Origin: Candidatus Iainarchaeum sp.
Lineage (GTDB): Archaea > Iainarchaeota > Iainarchaeia > Iainarchaeales > JAZDEL01
Direction of reading: 5' to 3'
DNA: 32,000 bases
Assembly (NCBI GenBank): GCA_043808785.1
Contig: JAZDEL010000010.1
Coordinates: forward strand, 60,001-92,000
This document shows, piece by piece, positions 1-8,970 of this stretch. Both the position numbers and the translations under genes were made by a program. The notes below the pieces were generated by a model that saw only the letters and a program-made list of their open reading frames with translations, made no database searches and was not told where the DNA came from. The number at the start of each line of letters is the position of its first letter. The first letter of the stretch is position 1.

Positions 1-25
1 TTTCCAGAAATCTATGCTGCGCATA

Positions 26-739
26 TCACCACTTCTTCCAGGGCGCCTTCCTGCTTTTCCAAAGTTCATCTAGTTCGGACCATTCTTTAAAGTTATTCAT
101 GCAGCCCCAGAAACCCGAATGTCTGTACGCTACCAACTCCTCGTCTTTTGCAAGAGCTGTGAAAACCTCACCTTCAAGTTCCCCCTTGACCCTGTGCAGG
201 TAATCGAAAATTTTTTTGTTGAATACGAAAAATCCGCCGTTAATCCACTGGTCCTTTATTTTCGGCTTCTCCTCGAATTCTATGACAGCCCCGCTCAGCA
301 TGTCGCAGCGCAGGGTTCCGAATTGGCTCGGGGGGTTTACGGTTGTGAGAGTTGCCACCTTCTTCTTCTGTTTGTGGAACTCGAGGACTTTTCTTATGTC
401 AACATCACTCACATCATCTCCGTATGCAACGAAGAAATTCTCTTCGCCATCCATGTATTTCTTAATTTGCCTCAGCCTTTCAGCCTTGTTGCTCTCAAGG
501 CCCGTATCAATATACTCGATTTTCCAGTTTTCGGGATTGTTATTTTCAAAATGCTCCTTTATTTGTTCCCCATAATAGCCCATGCATAATACAAAATCCG
601 TGAATCCTTGTGCGGCGTAAATTTTCATTATGTGCCAAAGTATTGGTTTGCCCCCTATTTGCACGAGCGCCTTCGGCATCTCCTTAGTGAACTCATGCAG
701 GCGCATGCCTTTTCCCCCGACCAAAATTGCAGTTTTCAT
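26..739 (-). CDS. rfbF: Glucose-1-phosphate cytidylyltransferase (CDP-glucose pyrophosphorylase, RfbF-type)
   Basis: ORF track gives 26..919. I trimmed it to the ATG at 739 (MKTAILVGGKGMRL...), which places the nucleotidyltransferase G-loop at the N-terminus. The 60 upstream codons are Arg/Ala-rich and run into the upstream GT2 gene (stop at 748). RfbF-like blocks run end to end: IGGKPILWHIMKIY, INGGFFVF, SGFWGCMNN and a C-terminal KAPWKKW. Confidence 0.8.
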   Translation of the reverse strand: MKTAILVGGKGMRLHEFTKEMPKALVQIGGKPILWHIMKIYAAQGFTDFVLCMGYYGEQIKEHFENNNPENWKIEYIDTGLESNKAERLRQIKKYMDGEENFFVAYGDDVSDVDIRKVLEFHKQKKKVATLTTVNPPSQFGTLRCDMLSGAVIEFEEKPKIKDQWINGGFFVFNKKIFDYLHRVKGELEGEVFTALAKDEELVAYRHSGFWGCMNNFKEWSELDELWKSRKAPWKKW

Positions 740-747
740 CGCCACAC

Positions 748-1650
748 CTAAATCAAAAATTTCCCGAATTTTATGCTCGCCCCGAGCCTGTACGCCTTCA
801 CGCAAATCACGTATCCCCATGCCACGGAAATTACCGCAAGCGCGTGCAGGGGCGTGCTGCCGCGCATGAATGTTATGCCGCGCGGCGAGCCGAGCTTCAG
901 TTCCCCTTTCTCGCCCCACTGATTTGTTGCCGCAGCCCAGTCCGCAAAAGGGTTCACGAGGAAGCCGAACCTCACATCAAGGAACTTCCGCGCGCGCGAG
1001 GGGTTTTTTTTGTAGAGCAGCACGTCGTTCATATGGTAGCCGCACCTCTCCAGCCCGTATTTCACCCAGCCAGCAAAGCCGCGCGGGTTCTCCATTTTGT
1101 GCTCGTGCACGAATTTCGCGTCCTGCACAACCCTGTTTTCATATCCCGCATCAAGCACCCTGAAAACCAAATCCGTGTCCTCGCGGTAATACCTGTATGC
1201 CTCGTCGTATCCGCCCGCCTTCTCAAGCGCCTCGCGCCTGAATGCGGTGCTTGTTCCGCCGAACTCGTGGAAAGAGCTCACGACCCCGATTTTTTTATTC
1301 AGGGCGCCGTTATCGAAAAAACCGCGCATCAGTTTCTTGAGCCAGTCCCTTGCAGGTATGCAGTCGTCGTCCATAATCGCCACAAACCCGTACCTCGCCT
1401 TTTTTATCCCGTTGTTCCTTGCCCTGCAGGGGAAAGAACGTGCCTGGTTCAGCACGCGCACGCGCTTCTCCTTGCCGAACGCGCTGCGCAGCATCTGTTC
1501 GGTGCCGTCCGTGCCGCCGTCATTTACAACTATGATTTCATAAGGCGCGGGATAATCCTGCCTCAGCATCGCGCGCAGCGTCCTTTCCAGCACTTCGCAG
1601 CGGTTGTGCGTCATCACAACTATTGAAACCGCAGGCATTTCCTTGCCCAT
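748..1650 (-). CDS. Glycosyltransferase family 2 (GT-A fold)
   Basis: 300-aa ORF. The N-terminus VSIVVMTHNRCEVLERTL...YEIIVVNDGGTDGT is a typical GT2 signature, and a DDD acidic motif (AIMDDDCIP) follows. It is tightly packed in the minus-strand operon (stop 748, next start 739). Confidence 0.8.
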   Translation of the reverse strand: MGKEMPAVSIVVMTHNRCEVLERTLRAMLRQDYPAPYEIIVVNDGGTDGTEQMLRSAFGKEKRVRVLNQARSFPCRARNNGIKKARYGFVAIMDDDCIPARDWLKKLMRGFFDNGALNKKIGVVSSFHEFGGTSTAFRREALEKAGGYDEAYRYYREDTDLVFRVLDAGYENRVVQDAKFVHEHKMENPRGFAGWVKYGLERCGYHMNDVLLYKKNPSRARKFLDVRFGFLVNPFADWAAATNQWGEKGELKLGSPRGITFMRGSTPLHALAVISVAWGYVICVKAYRLGASIKFGKFLI

Positions 1651-1651
1651 C

Positions 1652-2383
1652 TTAAGCCTCCGCTTCCCCTGTTTCCTTACCCCTCACAAGCCTTGCCGCC
1701 CTGTGCAGGCTCTCTATGCTTCCCGCGTCCGTCCAGAAGCCGCGCAGCACGTGCGCATTCATTGTTCCGCGCTTTATGTAGGCGTTGTTCACGTCCGTAA
1801 TCTCATACTCCCCGCGCGCGCTCGGCCTGAGCCCGCGGATAATATCGAATGCCGCGGAATTGTACATGTAAAGCCCCACTACCGCAAGTTTTGTCTTCGG
1901 CTTTGCAGGCTTCTCCTCTATTCCAATAACCTTATCGCCCTTCAGTTCCGCAACACCGAACCTGTTGGCGTCAGGCACCTCCTTGAGGAAGATGCGTGCC
2001 TCCTCATTTCCCTTCCCAAAGCCCTTCACGAATTCAGTTATTTCGTCCTCCATTATGTTGTCCCCCAGCACGACAACAAACTTCTCGCCCTGCACAAAAT
2101 CCTCCGCAAGCCTCAGCGCGTCCGCAATCCCGCCAGCCTTGTCCTGCAGTTCGTATGTAAGCCGCACGCCGAACTCTTTTCCCGAACCCAGCAGTTTGAG
2201 GAAATCCCCCGCGTGCTCGGGGCCTGTTACTATGAGTATTTCCTTTATCCCCGCCTTCACAAGCATCCCAATAGGGTAATAAATCATCGGCTTGTTGTAA
2301 ACAGGCAGCAGGTGTTTGTTGGTCACCTTTGTGAGGGGCATGAGCCTTGTCCCCATCCCCCCCGCGAGAATAACGCCCTTCAT
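1652..2383 (-). CDS. rmlA: Glucose-1-phosphate thymidylyltransferase-like sugar nucleotidyltransferase (short archaeal RmlA form)
   Basis: ORF 1652..2467 trimmed to the ATG at 2383 (MKGVILAGGMGTRLMPLT...). That start forms an ATGA overlap with the stop of the upstream rmlB ORF (2380). The G-loop GGxGTRL and the downstream LGDN and EKP blocks are typical of RmlA-family enzymes. Confidence 0.8.
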   Translation of the reverse strand: MKGVILAGGMGTRLMPLTKVTNKHLLPVYNKPMIYYPIGMLVKAGIKEILIVTGPEHAGDFLKLLGSGKEFGVRLTYELQDKAGGIADALRLAEDFVQGEKFVVVLGDNIMEDEITEFVKGFGKGNEEARIFLKEVPDANRFGVAELKGDKVIGIEEKPAKPKTKLAVVGLYMYNSAAFDIIRGLRPSARGEYEITDVNNAYIKRGTMNAHVLRGFWTDAGSIESLHRAARLVRGKETGEAEA

Positions 2384-3414
2384 TTTCTCCGCCCCCTTTG
2401 CGCCTTTTTTCCGCCGGCGGAAGCGGCAGGCTCCGCGCCTCCCCTTGCCAGAAGCGGCTTCCACCACTTTTCATTTCCCGCATACCATGCAACGGTGCGC
2501 CTGAGGTTTTCCGAAAAATTCCCCGCGGGTCTCCAGCCGAGCGCGCGGATTTTCGCGCCGTCTATCGAATATCTCCTGTCGTGCCCTAACCTGTCCTTGA
2601 CATAATCTATCATTTCCTCGCCCTTTCCGAGTTCGCGCAGCAGCGCCCTTGTGAGTTCTATGTTTTTCATTCCCTCCCCGCCGCCTATGTTGTATATCCC
2701 CCCCGCGGCGCCCTTTTGCAGCGCAATATCTATCCCCGCGCAGTTGTCCTCCACATAAAGCCACTCCCTCACGTTCATCCCGTCCCCGTAAAGCGGAACC
2801 TTCTTCCCGCGCATAAGGTTTGTTATGAAAAGCGGAATCACTTTTTCCGGGAACTGGCAGGGGCCGAAATTGTTCGAGGAGCGCGTTATTATTGTGTCCA
2901 TGCCGTATGTTTCACGGTAAGAGTTCACGAGCAAATCCGCCGCGGCCTTTGATGCGGAGTAAGGGTTGCGCGGGTTAAGCGCGTCGCCCTCCTTCGAGGA
3001 GCCCTGCGCTATGCTGCCGTAAACCTCGTCGGTTGAAACCTGCAAAAACCTTCCCGTGCCTTCCGCCCTTGCCGCCTCGAGCAGTACCCTTACGCCGAAA
3101 ACATTCGTGCTTATGAAAGCGCCCGCGTCGTTTATTGCGCGGTCCACATGGCTCTCCGCAGCGAAATTCACAACAGCATCGCAGCCCTTCATCGCCCTTG
3201 CCGCGCCTTTCGCGCTGCATATGTCCCCCTTTATGAAAGTGTAATTCCCGTTCCCCTTCAAATCAGCGAGGTTTGCCTTGTTGCCCGCATAAGTCAATTT
3301 ATCCAGGCTCACAACCTCGCTTTCGGGATGCGCGCGCATGAAGTGGCGTATGAAATTGCTGCCTATGAACCCCGCACCGCCGGTGACGAGGATTCTGCCG
3401 AATTCGCCCTTCAT
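2380..3414 (-). CDS. rmlB: dTDP-glucose 4,6-dehydratase
   Basis: Extended SDR. Rossmann motif VTGGAGFIGSNF, catalytic blocks STDEVYG and YSASKAAAD, and a C-terminal RPGHD-like DRLGHDRRYSID block typical of RmlB. Start placed at ATG 3414 (MKGEFGRILVTGG); the alternative start is 3447. Confidence 0.85.
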   Translation of the reverse strand: MKGEFGRILVTGGAGFIGSNFIRHFMRAHPESEVVSLDKLTYAGNKANLADLKGNGNYTFIKGDICSAKGAARAMKGCDAVVNFAAESHVDRAINDAGAFISTNVFGVRVLLEAARAEGTGRFLQVSTDEVYGSIAQGSSKEGDALNPRNPYSASKAAADLLVNSYRETYGMDTIITRSSNNFGPCQFPEKVIPLFITNLMRGKKVPLYGDGMNVREWLYVEDNCAGIDIALQKGAAGGIYNIGGGEGMKNIELTRALLRELGKGEEMIDYVKDRLGHDRRYSIDGAKIRALGWRPAGNFSENLRRTVAWYAGNEKWWKPLLARGGAEPAASAGGKKAQRGRRK

Positions 3415-3457
3415 GCTGAGCCCCCCGCATCGAGCCGCATTGCCCAATTCGCGCCCG

Positions 3458-4576
3458 TCATATAAGCCCCCTCTTTTTCATCTCCTCCGCAGCGTCCTCG
3501 AACCTGTCCTCGGCATCGGTGCTTGCCGCCCACTCCGCAAGTTCCCGCATCCCTTCCGCAAACCCGAACTTCGGCGCGAACCCGAGCCTGCTTTTTATTT
3601 TTGTTATGTCCGCAAAGCAGTGCCTTACGTCGCCCTTCCTGAAACTCCCCCCTATCTCAGGTTTTATTTCCTTACCCAGAAGTTCGGCAAGCATTTCCGC
3701 AATTCCCTTTATCGTCTGCGGCTTCCCGCTGCCTACATTGAAGCTTTCGTAATCCGCCGCATTAGATTCCATTGCAAGCATGTTCGCCTGCGCAACGTCA
3801 TGCACCGAGATGAAATCCCTTGTCTGCACGCCGTCCTCGTTAACCACTGGCCTGTTGTTGTTCTTCAGCCTGCTCATGAATATCGCCGCAACCCCCGTGT
3901 AAGGGTTGTTCAGCGACTGCCTTGGGCCGAAGACATTGAAATACCTGAGCGCGCAGGTTTTTATGCCGTAGGTTTTCCCTATGAGATGGATCATGCCCTC
4001 CTGCTCTTTTTTCGTGAGCGCGTAAATGGAATTCGGGTTCTGGATTTTTGTCTCCGGTGTTGCAATCGGCGTGAGTTGCTTCCCGCAGGCAGGGCACTGA
4101 GGCTCCCACTGTGCCTTCCTCATCTGCCCCTCGGAACGCAGAGGCGGCGCAACAATGCCGCATTTTTCGCATTTGTAACAGCCCTCCCCATAGGAGCTCA
4201 TCGATGCAGCGGCAATAACCTTTTTCACGGCGCCCTTTCCGTTCACAAGCAGGTCCATAAGGCACGCCGTGCCGCGCACGTTCACATCCACATATTTTTC
4301 GATTTCATACATGCTCTGCCCTACTCCCACGGCAGAAGCCTCGTGGAAAACAACATCGATTCCCTCAAGCGCAGCCCCGAGTTCCGCGCGCTCCCTGACA
4401 TCGCCCTTTACGAATTCCGCTTTAGGGTTCAGGTATTCGGGTTTCTCCCCGTTCTTATGCACCTGCGGCTCAAGATTGTCGAAAATCCTGACATCGTGCC
4501 CGCGCTTAACAAGTTCGTCGGCTATGAACGAGCCTATGAACCCCGCACCGCCTGTTACAAGAACCTTCTTTTTCAT
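3458..4576 (-). CDS. NAD-dependent sugar epimerase/dehydratase (extended SDR) with an internal Cys-rich zinc-ribbon-like insertion
   Basis: 372-aa ORF with VTGGAGFIGSFI Rossmann motif and a YALTKK catalytic YxxxK. A CYKCEKCG...(21 aa)...CPACG insertion lies at aa 133-164 (nt 4085-4180). Confidence 0.75.
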   Translation of the reverse strand: MKKKVLVTGGAGFIGSFIADELVKRGHDVRIFDNLEPQVHKNGEKPEYLNPKAEFVKGDVRERAELGAALEGIDVVFHEASAVGVGQSMYEIEKYVDVNVRGTACLMDLLVNGKGAVKKVIAAASMSSYGEGCYKCEKCGIVAPPLRSEGQMRKAQWEPQCPACGKQLTPIATPETKIQNPNSIYALTKKEQEGMIHLIGKTYGIKTCALRYFNVFGPRQSLNNPYTGVAAIFMSRLKNNNRPVVNEDGVQTRDFISVHDVAQANMLAMESNAADYESFNVGSGKPQTIKGIAEMLAELLGKEIKPEIGGSFRKGDVRHCFADITKIKSRLGFAPKFGFAEGMRELAEWAASTDAEDRFEDAAEEMKKRGLI

Positions 4577-4615
4577 CTGGGCACCATTCCCCTAATATTC
4601 AACCAAACATACCTT

Positions 4616-5737
4616 TTAATTGCTTAGCAGTTCCGCATAAATGCGCTCCAGCCTGTCCGCGCTCTTCTTTATCGTGTACTTCTCCTCTACAATCTCCCTC
4701 GCCTTCCTGCCGAGCCTTTCGCGCAGCGCCCTGTCCTCTATAAGCCTGATTATTCCCTCCGCAATGCTGTCCGCGTTTTCGGGCTTCACAAGCAGCGCGC
4801 TCTCCCCCACAAGCTCCTTAACCGAGCCTATGTCCGTGACAACGCATGCCTTTCCCGTTGCCATATATTCAAGCAGGCTTATGGATGTGGAGAATTCATA
4901 AACAAAAGAGTGCGGCGCTATTTCCGTTGCCTGCCAGACTTCCCTGCACTTCTGCGGCTGTATTGCGCCCGCAAATTTCACGTTCTCCCGCAGGCCGAGT
5001 TTTTCCGTGTAATCCTCGAGCATCTTCCTGTGCGTGCCCTCCCCAAAAATCACGTATTTGTATTCTGCGTGCTCCTTTGAAACCTTTTCCATCGCCTTTA
5101 TCACGTATTTCAGCCCCAGTGCATTCGTTCCCCAGAGGGTTTTTATGCTTGTTATCAGGTGCTCGCCGAATTCCTTTTTTACCTCATCCCCCCCGCCGCA
5201 CGCGGGGTAATTCGCAAGGTTCAGCGCAGCGGGCATTACCTCTATTTTGCCCTCCTCAATCCCCCAGGGCAGGAGGAATTTTTGCTTCATGTTCTCCGTC
5301 CACACAACAAGCCTGTCGTAGTTAAGTTTCGGGAGCATGAACTTTTCCATCCGGAATATCGCCTTTGTGTGCAGGCTCCTGTTCTGCGAACTTATCAGTT
5401 CGATAAGCAGCACATGCGGCACACCCAGCCTGCGCTTCACCCTGTGCCCCACATAGCCCATGAGCGAATTAGAGTGGCTCTGCACAATGTCGGGCCCGAA
5501 TTTCTCCGCGGCCTTCAGCGCGCCCCCGCAGAAAAGCGCGGCCTCGAATTTGTGGAACGCGTGGTGCCCCCACACGGGCGTGTGGACCATTTCCGCGCCC
5601 TCGAGGTCGTAATTTATGGGGGTGAAAACGCAGAGCTCGTGCCCCCTGCCAAGCAGTTCGGTGAGCAGGTCGCGCGTATAAATCTCGCTCCCCCCCGCGT
5701 CCCCGAGCACGCTTGTTGCATAAAAAATTTTCATCAA
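4616..5737 (-). CDS. Glycosyltransferase, GT-B fold (GT4/GT1 family)
   Basis: 373-aa ORF. The N-terminus (GDAGGSEIYTRDLLTELLGRGHEL) and the C-terminal half (GEG...E.FS.S.LEYMATGKACVVTDIGS..E) match the retaining GT4 EX7E-type pattern. Confidence 0.75.
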   Translation of the reverse strand: MMKIFYATSVLGDAGGSEIYTRDLLTELLGRGHELCVFTPINYDLEGAEMVHTPVWGHHAFHKFEAALFCGGALKAAEKFGPDIVQSHSNSLMGYVGHRVKRRLGVPHVLLIELISSQNRSLHTKAIFRMEKFMLPKLNYDRLVVWTENMKQKFLLPWGIEEGKIEVMPAALNLANYPACGGGDEVKKEFGEHLITSIKTLWGTNALGLKYVIKAMEKVSKEHAEYKYVIFGEGTHRKMLEDYTEKLGLRENVKFAGAIQPQKCREVWQATEIAPHSFVYEFSTSISLLEYMATGKACVVTDIGSVKELVGESALLVKPENADSIAEGIIRLIEDRALRERLGRKAREIVEEKYTIKKSADRLERIYAELLSN

Positions 5738-5780
5738 TCAGCACCGCCGTATGCCGTCTCAAAGCGGACGAAAAACCGCA

Positions 5781-6815
5781 TCATGGGAATACAACCGATT
5801 CGATTTCGCCGCTGTTCCGCTTCACCCATTCTACAAGGCTTCCTGCCCCTTCCTTTGCGCGGATTTTCGGCTCCCAGCCGAGCTCGTTTTTTGCCTTCCT
5901 TATGTCGCTCACGTAAAGCGGCTGGTCCCCCGGGCGCCAATCGCCGAACCCGTACTCGATCTTCTTCCCGAGCATTTCCCCGAGCATTTCCAGGTACTCG
6001 AGCAGCGAGAGCGTGTTCTTCGGCCCCCCGCCGATGTTGTATATTTTACCGCTGGTTTTTTTTATTTTTTTCACAGCAAGCGTGAAAGAATTTATAAGGT
6101 CGGAAACATGCAGCACATCCCTTGCCTGCTTGCCGTTGCCGTATATCGTGAGTTTTTTCCCGAGAACTGCCGCAATAGCGAACCACGCAACCCAGCCCTG
6201 GTCCTCTATGCCGAACTGCCTCTCGCCGTAGATGCAGCTCTGCCTCATTACAACCGTGTTAAGCCCGTATATCCTCGCGTAATCCCTGACATACTGGTCG
6301 GCGCAGCCCTTGCTGCAGCCGTAAGGCGAGTAAAAATCAACTGGCATCTCCTCGGAAACGCCGTTAGGGAGCGCCTTATACTCGTAGCGCTTTCCCTTTT
6401 CCTCGACCTCAGCCCGTTCCATTTTGCCGTACACCTTATTTGTCGAGGCGAAAACAAGCGGCGCTTCGCTTCCCGCTTCCCTCATTGCCTCAAGAACATT
6501 GAGCGTGCCAAGCGCGTTTATCCCGAAATCCTCGCGGGGGTTTTCAACCGAGGTTGTAACAGCAACCTGCGCAGCCATGTGGTATATTTCATCCGCGTTT
6601 TTCACGGCATCCTCAAGTTTTCTGCCGTGCTCCCTTATATCCGCCCTTATAACCTTCACATTCCCGTGCCTGCCCTTCAGCCATGCAAGGTTCTGCTCCG
6701 TGCCGTTGCGCGAGAAATTGTCAAGCACGGCTACATCCTTGCCCTCCTTAAGCAGCGAATCAGCAAGGTTCACGCCTATGAACCCCGCACCGCCGATTAC
6801 AAGCGAATATGCCAT
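5781..6815 (-). CDS. NAD-dependent sugar epimerase, CDP-paratose 2-epimerase-like (rfbE-like)
   Basis: 344-aa ORF with GGAGFIGVNLA. The blocks DNFSRNGTEQNLAWL, STNKVYG, FYSPYGCSKGCADQY, DYARIYGLNTVVMR, RQFGIEDQGWVAWF and GNGKQARDVLH follow the pattern I recall for CDP-paratose/tyvelose 2-epimerases. The assignment is from memory of the family, not from a search. Confidence 0.7.
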   Translation of the reverse strand: MAYSLVIGGAGFIGVNLADSLLKEGKDVAVLDNFSRNGTEQNLAWLKGRHGNVKVIRADIREHGRKLEDAVKNADEIYHMAAQVAVTTSVENPREDFGINALGTLNVLEAMREAGSEAPLVFASTNKVYGKMERAEVEEKGKRYEYKALPNGVSEEMPVDFYSPYGCSKGCADQYVRDYARIYGLNTVVMRQSCIYGERQFGIEDQGWVAWFAIAAVLGKKLTIYGNGKQARDVLHVSDLINSFTLAVKKIKKTSGKIYNIGGGPKNTLSLLEYLEMLGEMLGKKIEYGFGDWRPGDQPLYVSDIRKAKNELGWEPKIRAKEGAGSLVEWVKRNSGEIESVVFP

Positions 6816-6886
6816 TTGAACATCCCCTGCGCGCCAAAACGCAGATAACTATGGTTTGCTAAGGTATATATTATATGCCTTCTCAG

Positions 6887-6975
6887 GCATAAAACTGCTT
6901 TTTGGTACATGGTTCAAACCGCGGGGCATGCCGCCGCGCATAAAACCGCTTTTTGGCGCGCGGTTCAAACCGCGG
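6887..6975. repeat. Two 38-nt direct repeats (6887-6924 and 6938-6975, period 51 nt, 33/38 identical) in the intergenic region upstream of the rfbE-like gene
   Basis: Copy 1 is GCATAAAACTGCTTTTTGGTACATGGTTCAAACCGCGG. Copy 2 is GCATAAAACCGCTTTTTGGCGCGCGGTTCAAACCGCGG. Each ends in a CGCGG-TTCAAA-CCGCG hairpin. An AT-rich TATA-like element (6861-6880) lies between the repeats and the ATG at 6815. Confidence 0.8.
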
Positions 6976-6998
6976 AACAGGCGTAACCGCACAGGGCA

Positions 6999-8027
6999 TT
7001 ATGTGTATTTCCCCAGCCTTTCCCTGTAGAATGAAATCGTCCTTTCAATTCCCTCATCAAGCCCTGTGCTCGGCTTCCAGCCCGTGTCCCTTGAAAACAT
7101 CCTGTGCGAGAAATACATGTCCCCTATTTCAATCCTCTTCCTTTCGGGCGGGAATTCGACATTTCTCCAGCTGCCCGAACCCGCCTCCTTTATTATTTTT
7201 TTCACAATCTCGACAAACCTTATCCCCTTTCCGTTGCCGAGAGAGTAAAATTTCCCCGCGCATTTGCCCTCCTGCGCAGCCATAACCATCGCGTCCGCAA
7301 CATCGCGCACGTATAAATAGTCCCTAAGCATTTTCCCGCCCCCGTAGAGAGGTATTTCCTTTCCTTCAAGCGCGAGCCTTATGAACCAGTTCATTATCCC
7401 GTATTTTGCGTGCTTCATCTGGTGCCTCTCGCCGTAAGTGTTTGTCAGGCGAAGGGAGCAGGCCTTTATCCCGTAAGTGCTTGCGTAGAGCAAATGGTAT
7501 TTCTCCGCCGCAAGCTTGTTTATCCCGTAAACATCCACAGGGTCCGCGGGATGCTTCTCGTCCATGGGCAGGTAAAGCGCCCTGCCGAACTCGCCGCGCG
7601 TTCCCGCGTAAACAACGGTTGCCTTATCGTTGTATTTCCTGCACGCCTCGAGCAGGTTTATGTTCGCGCCTATGTTCAGCTCCATGTCGAGCATCGGGTT
7701 CTCCATGGAATCCACGTGCGAAACCTGCCCCGCGCAGTTGAAAATAATGCCCTTTCCCTTCACTTCTTCCGCGAGCGCCGAAAAGTCGCGCATATCCGCC
7801 TTTACAAACTTCACCCTTTCCCTTATGCCCTCAAGGTTCTCCATATTGAAGCCGTAGGGTTCGAGCATTGCGTCGAAAACAGCCACTTCCGCGCCGAGTT
7901 CGCAGCAGCGGTGTGCGGTGTTCGAGCCTATGAAGCCAAGGCCGCCGAGCACGAGCACGCTCTTTCCCTCCATGCTTTTGATTTTGTAATGTGGCGATTT
8001 TTTCATAATGAATACCTTCCCGCGCAA
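6999..8027 (-). CDS. NAD-dependent epimerase/dehydratase family protein (extended SDR)
   Basis: 342-aa ORF with LGGLGFIGSN Rossmann motif and a YGINKLAAEK catalytic YxxxK. The start is uncertain: 8027 or the ATG at 8006 (MKKSPHYK...). Confidence 0.7.
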   Translation of the reverse strand: MRGKVFIMKKSPHYKIKSMEGKSVLVLGGLGFIGSNTAHRCCELGAEVAVFDAMLEPYGFNMENLEGIRERVKFVKADMRDFSALAEEVKGKGIIFNCAGQVSHVDSMENPMLDMELNIGANINLLEACRKYNDKATVVYAGTRGEFGRALYLPMDEKHPADPVDVYGINKLAAEKYHLLYASTYGIKACSLRLTNTYGERHQMKHAKYGIMNWFIRLALEGKEIPLYGGGKMLRDYLYVRDVADAMVMAAQEGKCAGKFYSLGNGKGIRFVEIVKKIIKEAGSGSWRNVEFPPERKRIEIGDMYFSHRMFSRDTGWKPSTGLDEGIERTISFYRERLGKYT

Positions 8028-8073
8028 ACCATTAAAACAATTGCCCCACTAACCTTGTGCCTGTTTTTCGCCC

Positions 8074-8892
8074 TCATCCCTTTACACCTGTTGCCCAGAG
8101 CCTCGGTGAGAAAAACAGCGCAAGAGGCATCGTGCCCAGAACTTTCGAGACGGCGCGGTTCTCTACAATCCGCAGCAGCACGCCGAACGCGCCGCTCGCG
8201 CGCTTGTTGCCGACAGCGGCCCTGAACCAGCGCGTGTCCATCTCGAGCCATACCTTTGCAGTGAAGCCGTGCCTTTTCAGCAGCGCGCGCAGGCTGAACC
8301 AGCTCTGCTCATTCACATGCACAACCTGGTTTATCGGCCCGCGCCCCAAGCCCACAATTCCCGCAACAGCGTAAAGCGGCTTTGCAAGAAGCGCGTTCGG
8401 GCTTGTTTCCATCACAAGCGTGCCGCCCTTCTTCATCACGCGCGATATCTCGCGCATTGTTTCCTCCGCCTCCCACGGATGGAGATGTTCTACGGTGTCT
8501 ATGAAAAAAACCGTTCCGAAGGCCCCGCTTTTGTACGGCAGTTTTTTCGCGTCCGCGCGCACGAACAAAACCTTTTTCCCCGCAAGCCCCCCCGCGGCGG
8601 AGTTCGCAATTTCAAGCCCGTCCGCGGAATAATCCGTTCCGAATGCCATCGCCCCCTGCCTTGCGGCATTGATTGTTATTTCTCCCCTTCCGCAGCCGAG
8701 GTCAAGCACCGCATTTCCTTGCCCTATGCGCGCAAGCGCAAGGCACTTCCCCAGCCTTTCCGGCAGTGTTCCCGCACGCGTTTCGGCAAACTCCTCGAAC
8801 CCGTCGCAGACGTGCATGAAATATTCCCTGCCGTAAATTTCCGCAGGAACCGGCTGTCCCCTGTTTTTTTCAGCCATGCTCATCACAACCAA
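8074..8892 (-). CDS. Class I SAM-dependent methyltransferase
   Basis: 272-aa ORF. Motif I is VLDLGCGRGEIT, followed by an acidic post-I residue (GTDYS) and the blocks FDTVFFIDTVEHL and KKGGTLVMET. Alternative starts are at 8883 and 8877. Confidence 0.75.
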   Translation of the reverse strand: MVVMSMAEKNRGQPVPAEIYGREYFMHVCDGFEEFAETRAGTLPERLGKCLALARIGQGNAVLDLGCGRGEITINAARQGAMAFGTDYSADGLEIANSAAGGLAGKKVLFVRADAKKLPYKSGAFGTVFFIDTVEHLHPWEAEETMREISRVMKKGGTLVMETSPNALLAKPLYAVAGIVGLGRGPINQVVHVNEQSWFSLRALLKRHGFTAKVWLEMDTRWFRAAVGNKRASGAFGVLLRIVENRAVSKVLGTMPLALFFSPRLWATGVKG

Positions 8893-8970
8893 TCTGCCAA
8901 ACCATTCCCGAAAACCAACCGCGGTTGGGTTTTTTCATTCCCCCGCAAACCAAACCCGCTTTGCTTTTTT

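Noticed and set aside
740-919. N-terminal extensions in the ORF track: rfbF to 919, rmlA to 2467, alg13-like to 11473, flippase-like to 10842, pyrF to 24304, rpoF from 19030, and the antitoxin to 27056.
   Set aside because: The extensions are Arg/Gly-rich and overlap the upstream gene. The internal ATGs give canonical N-termini and classic ATGA/TGATG/TAATG stop-start overlaps.
6958-6980. tRNA-like T-arm (CGCGG-TTCAAA-CCGCG) in both 38-nt repeats, considered as a tRNA gene or tRNA 3' fragment (att site).
   Set aside because: The loop is 6 nt, not 7. I found no matching acceptor 5' strand, D-arm or anticodon arm nearby. I kept it only as a repeat observation.
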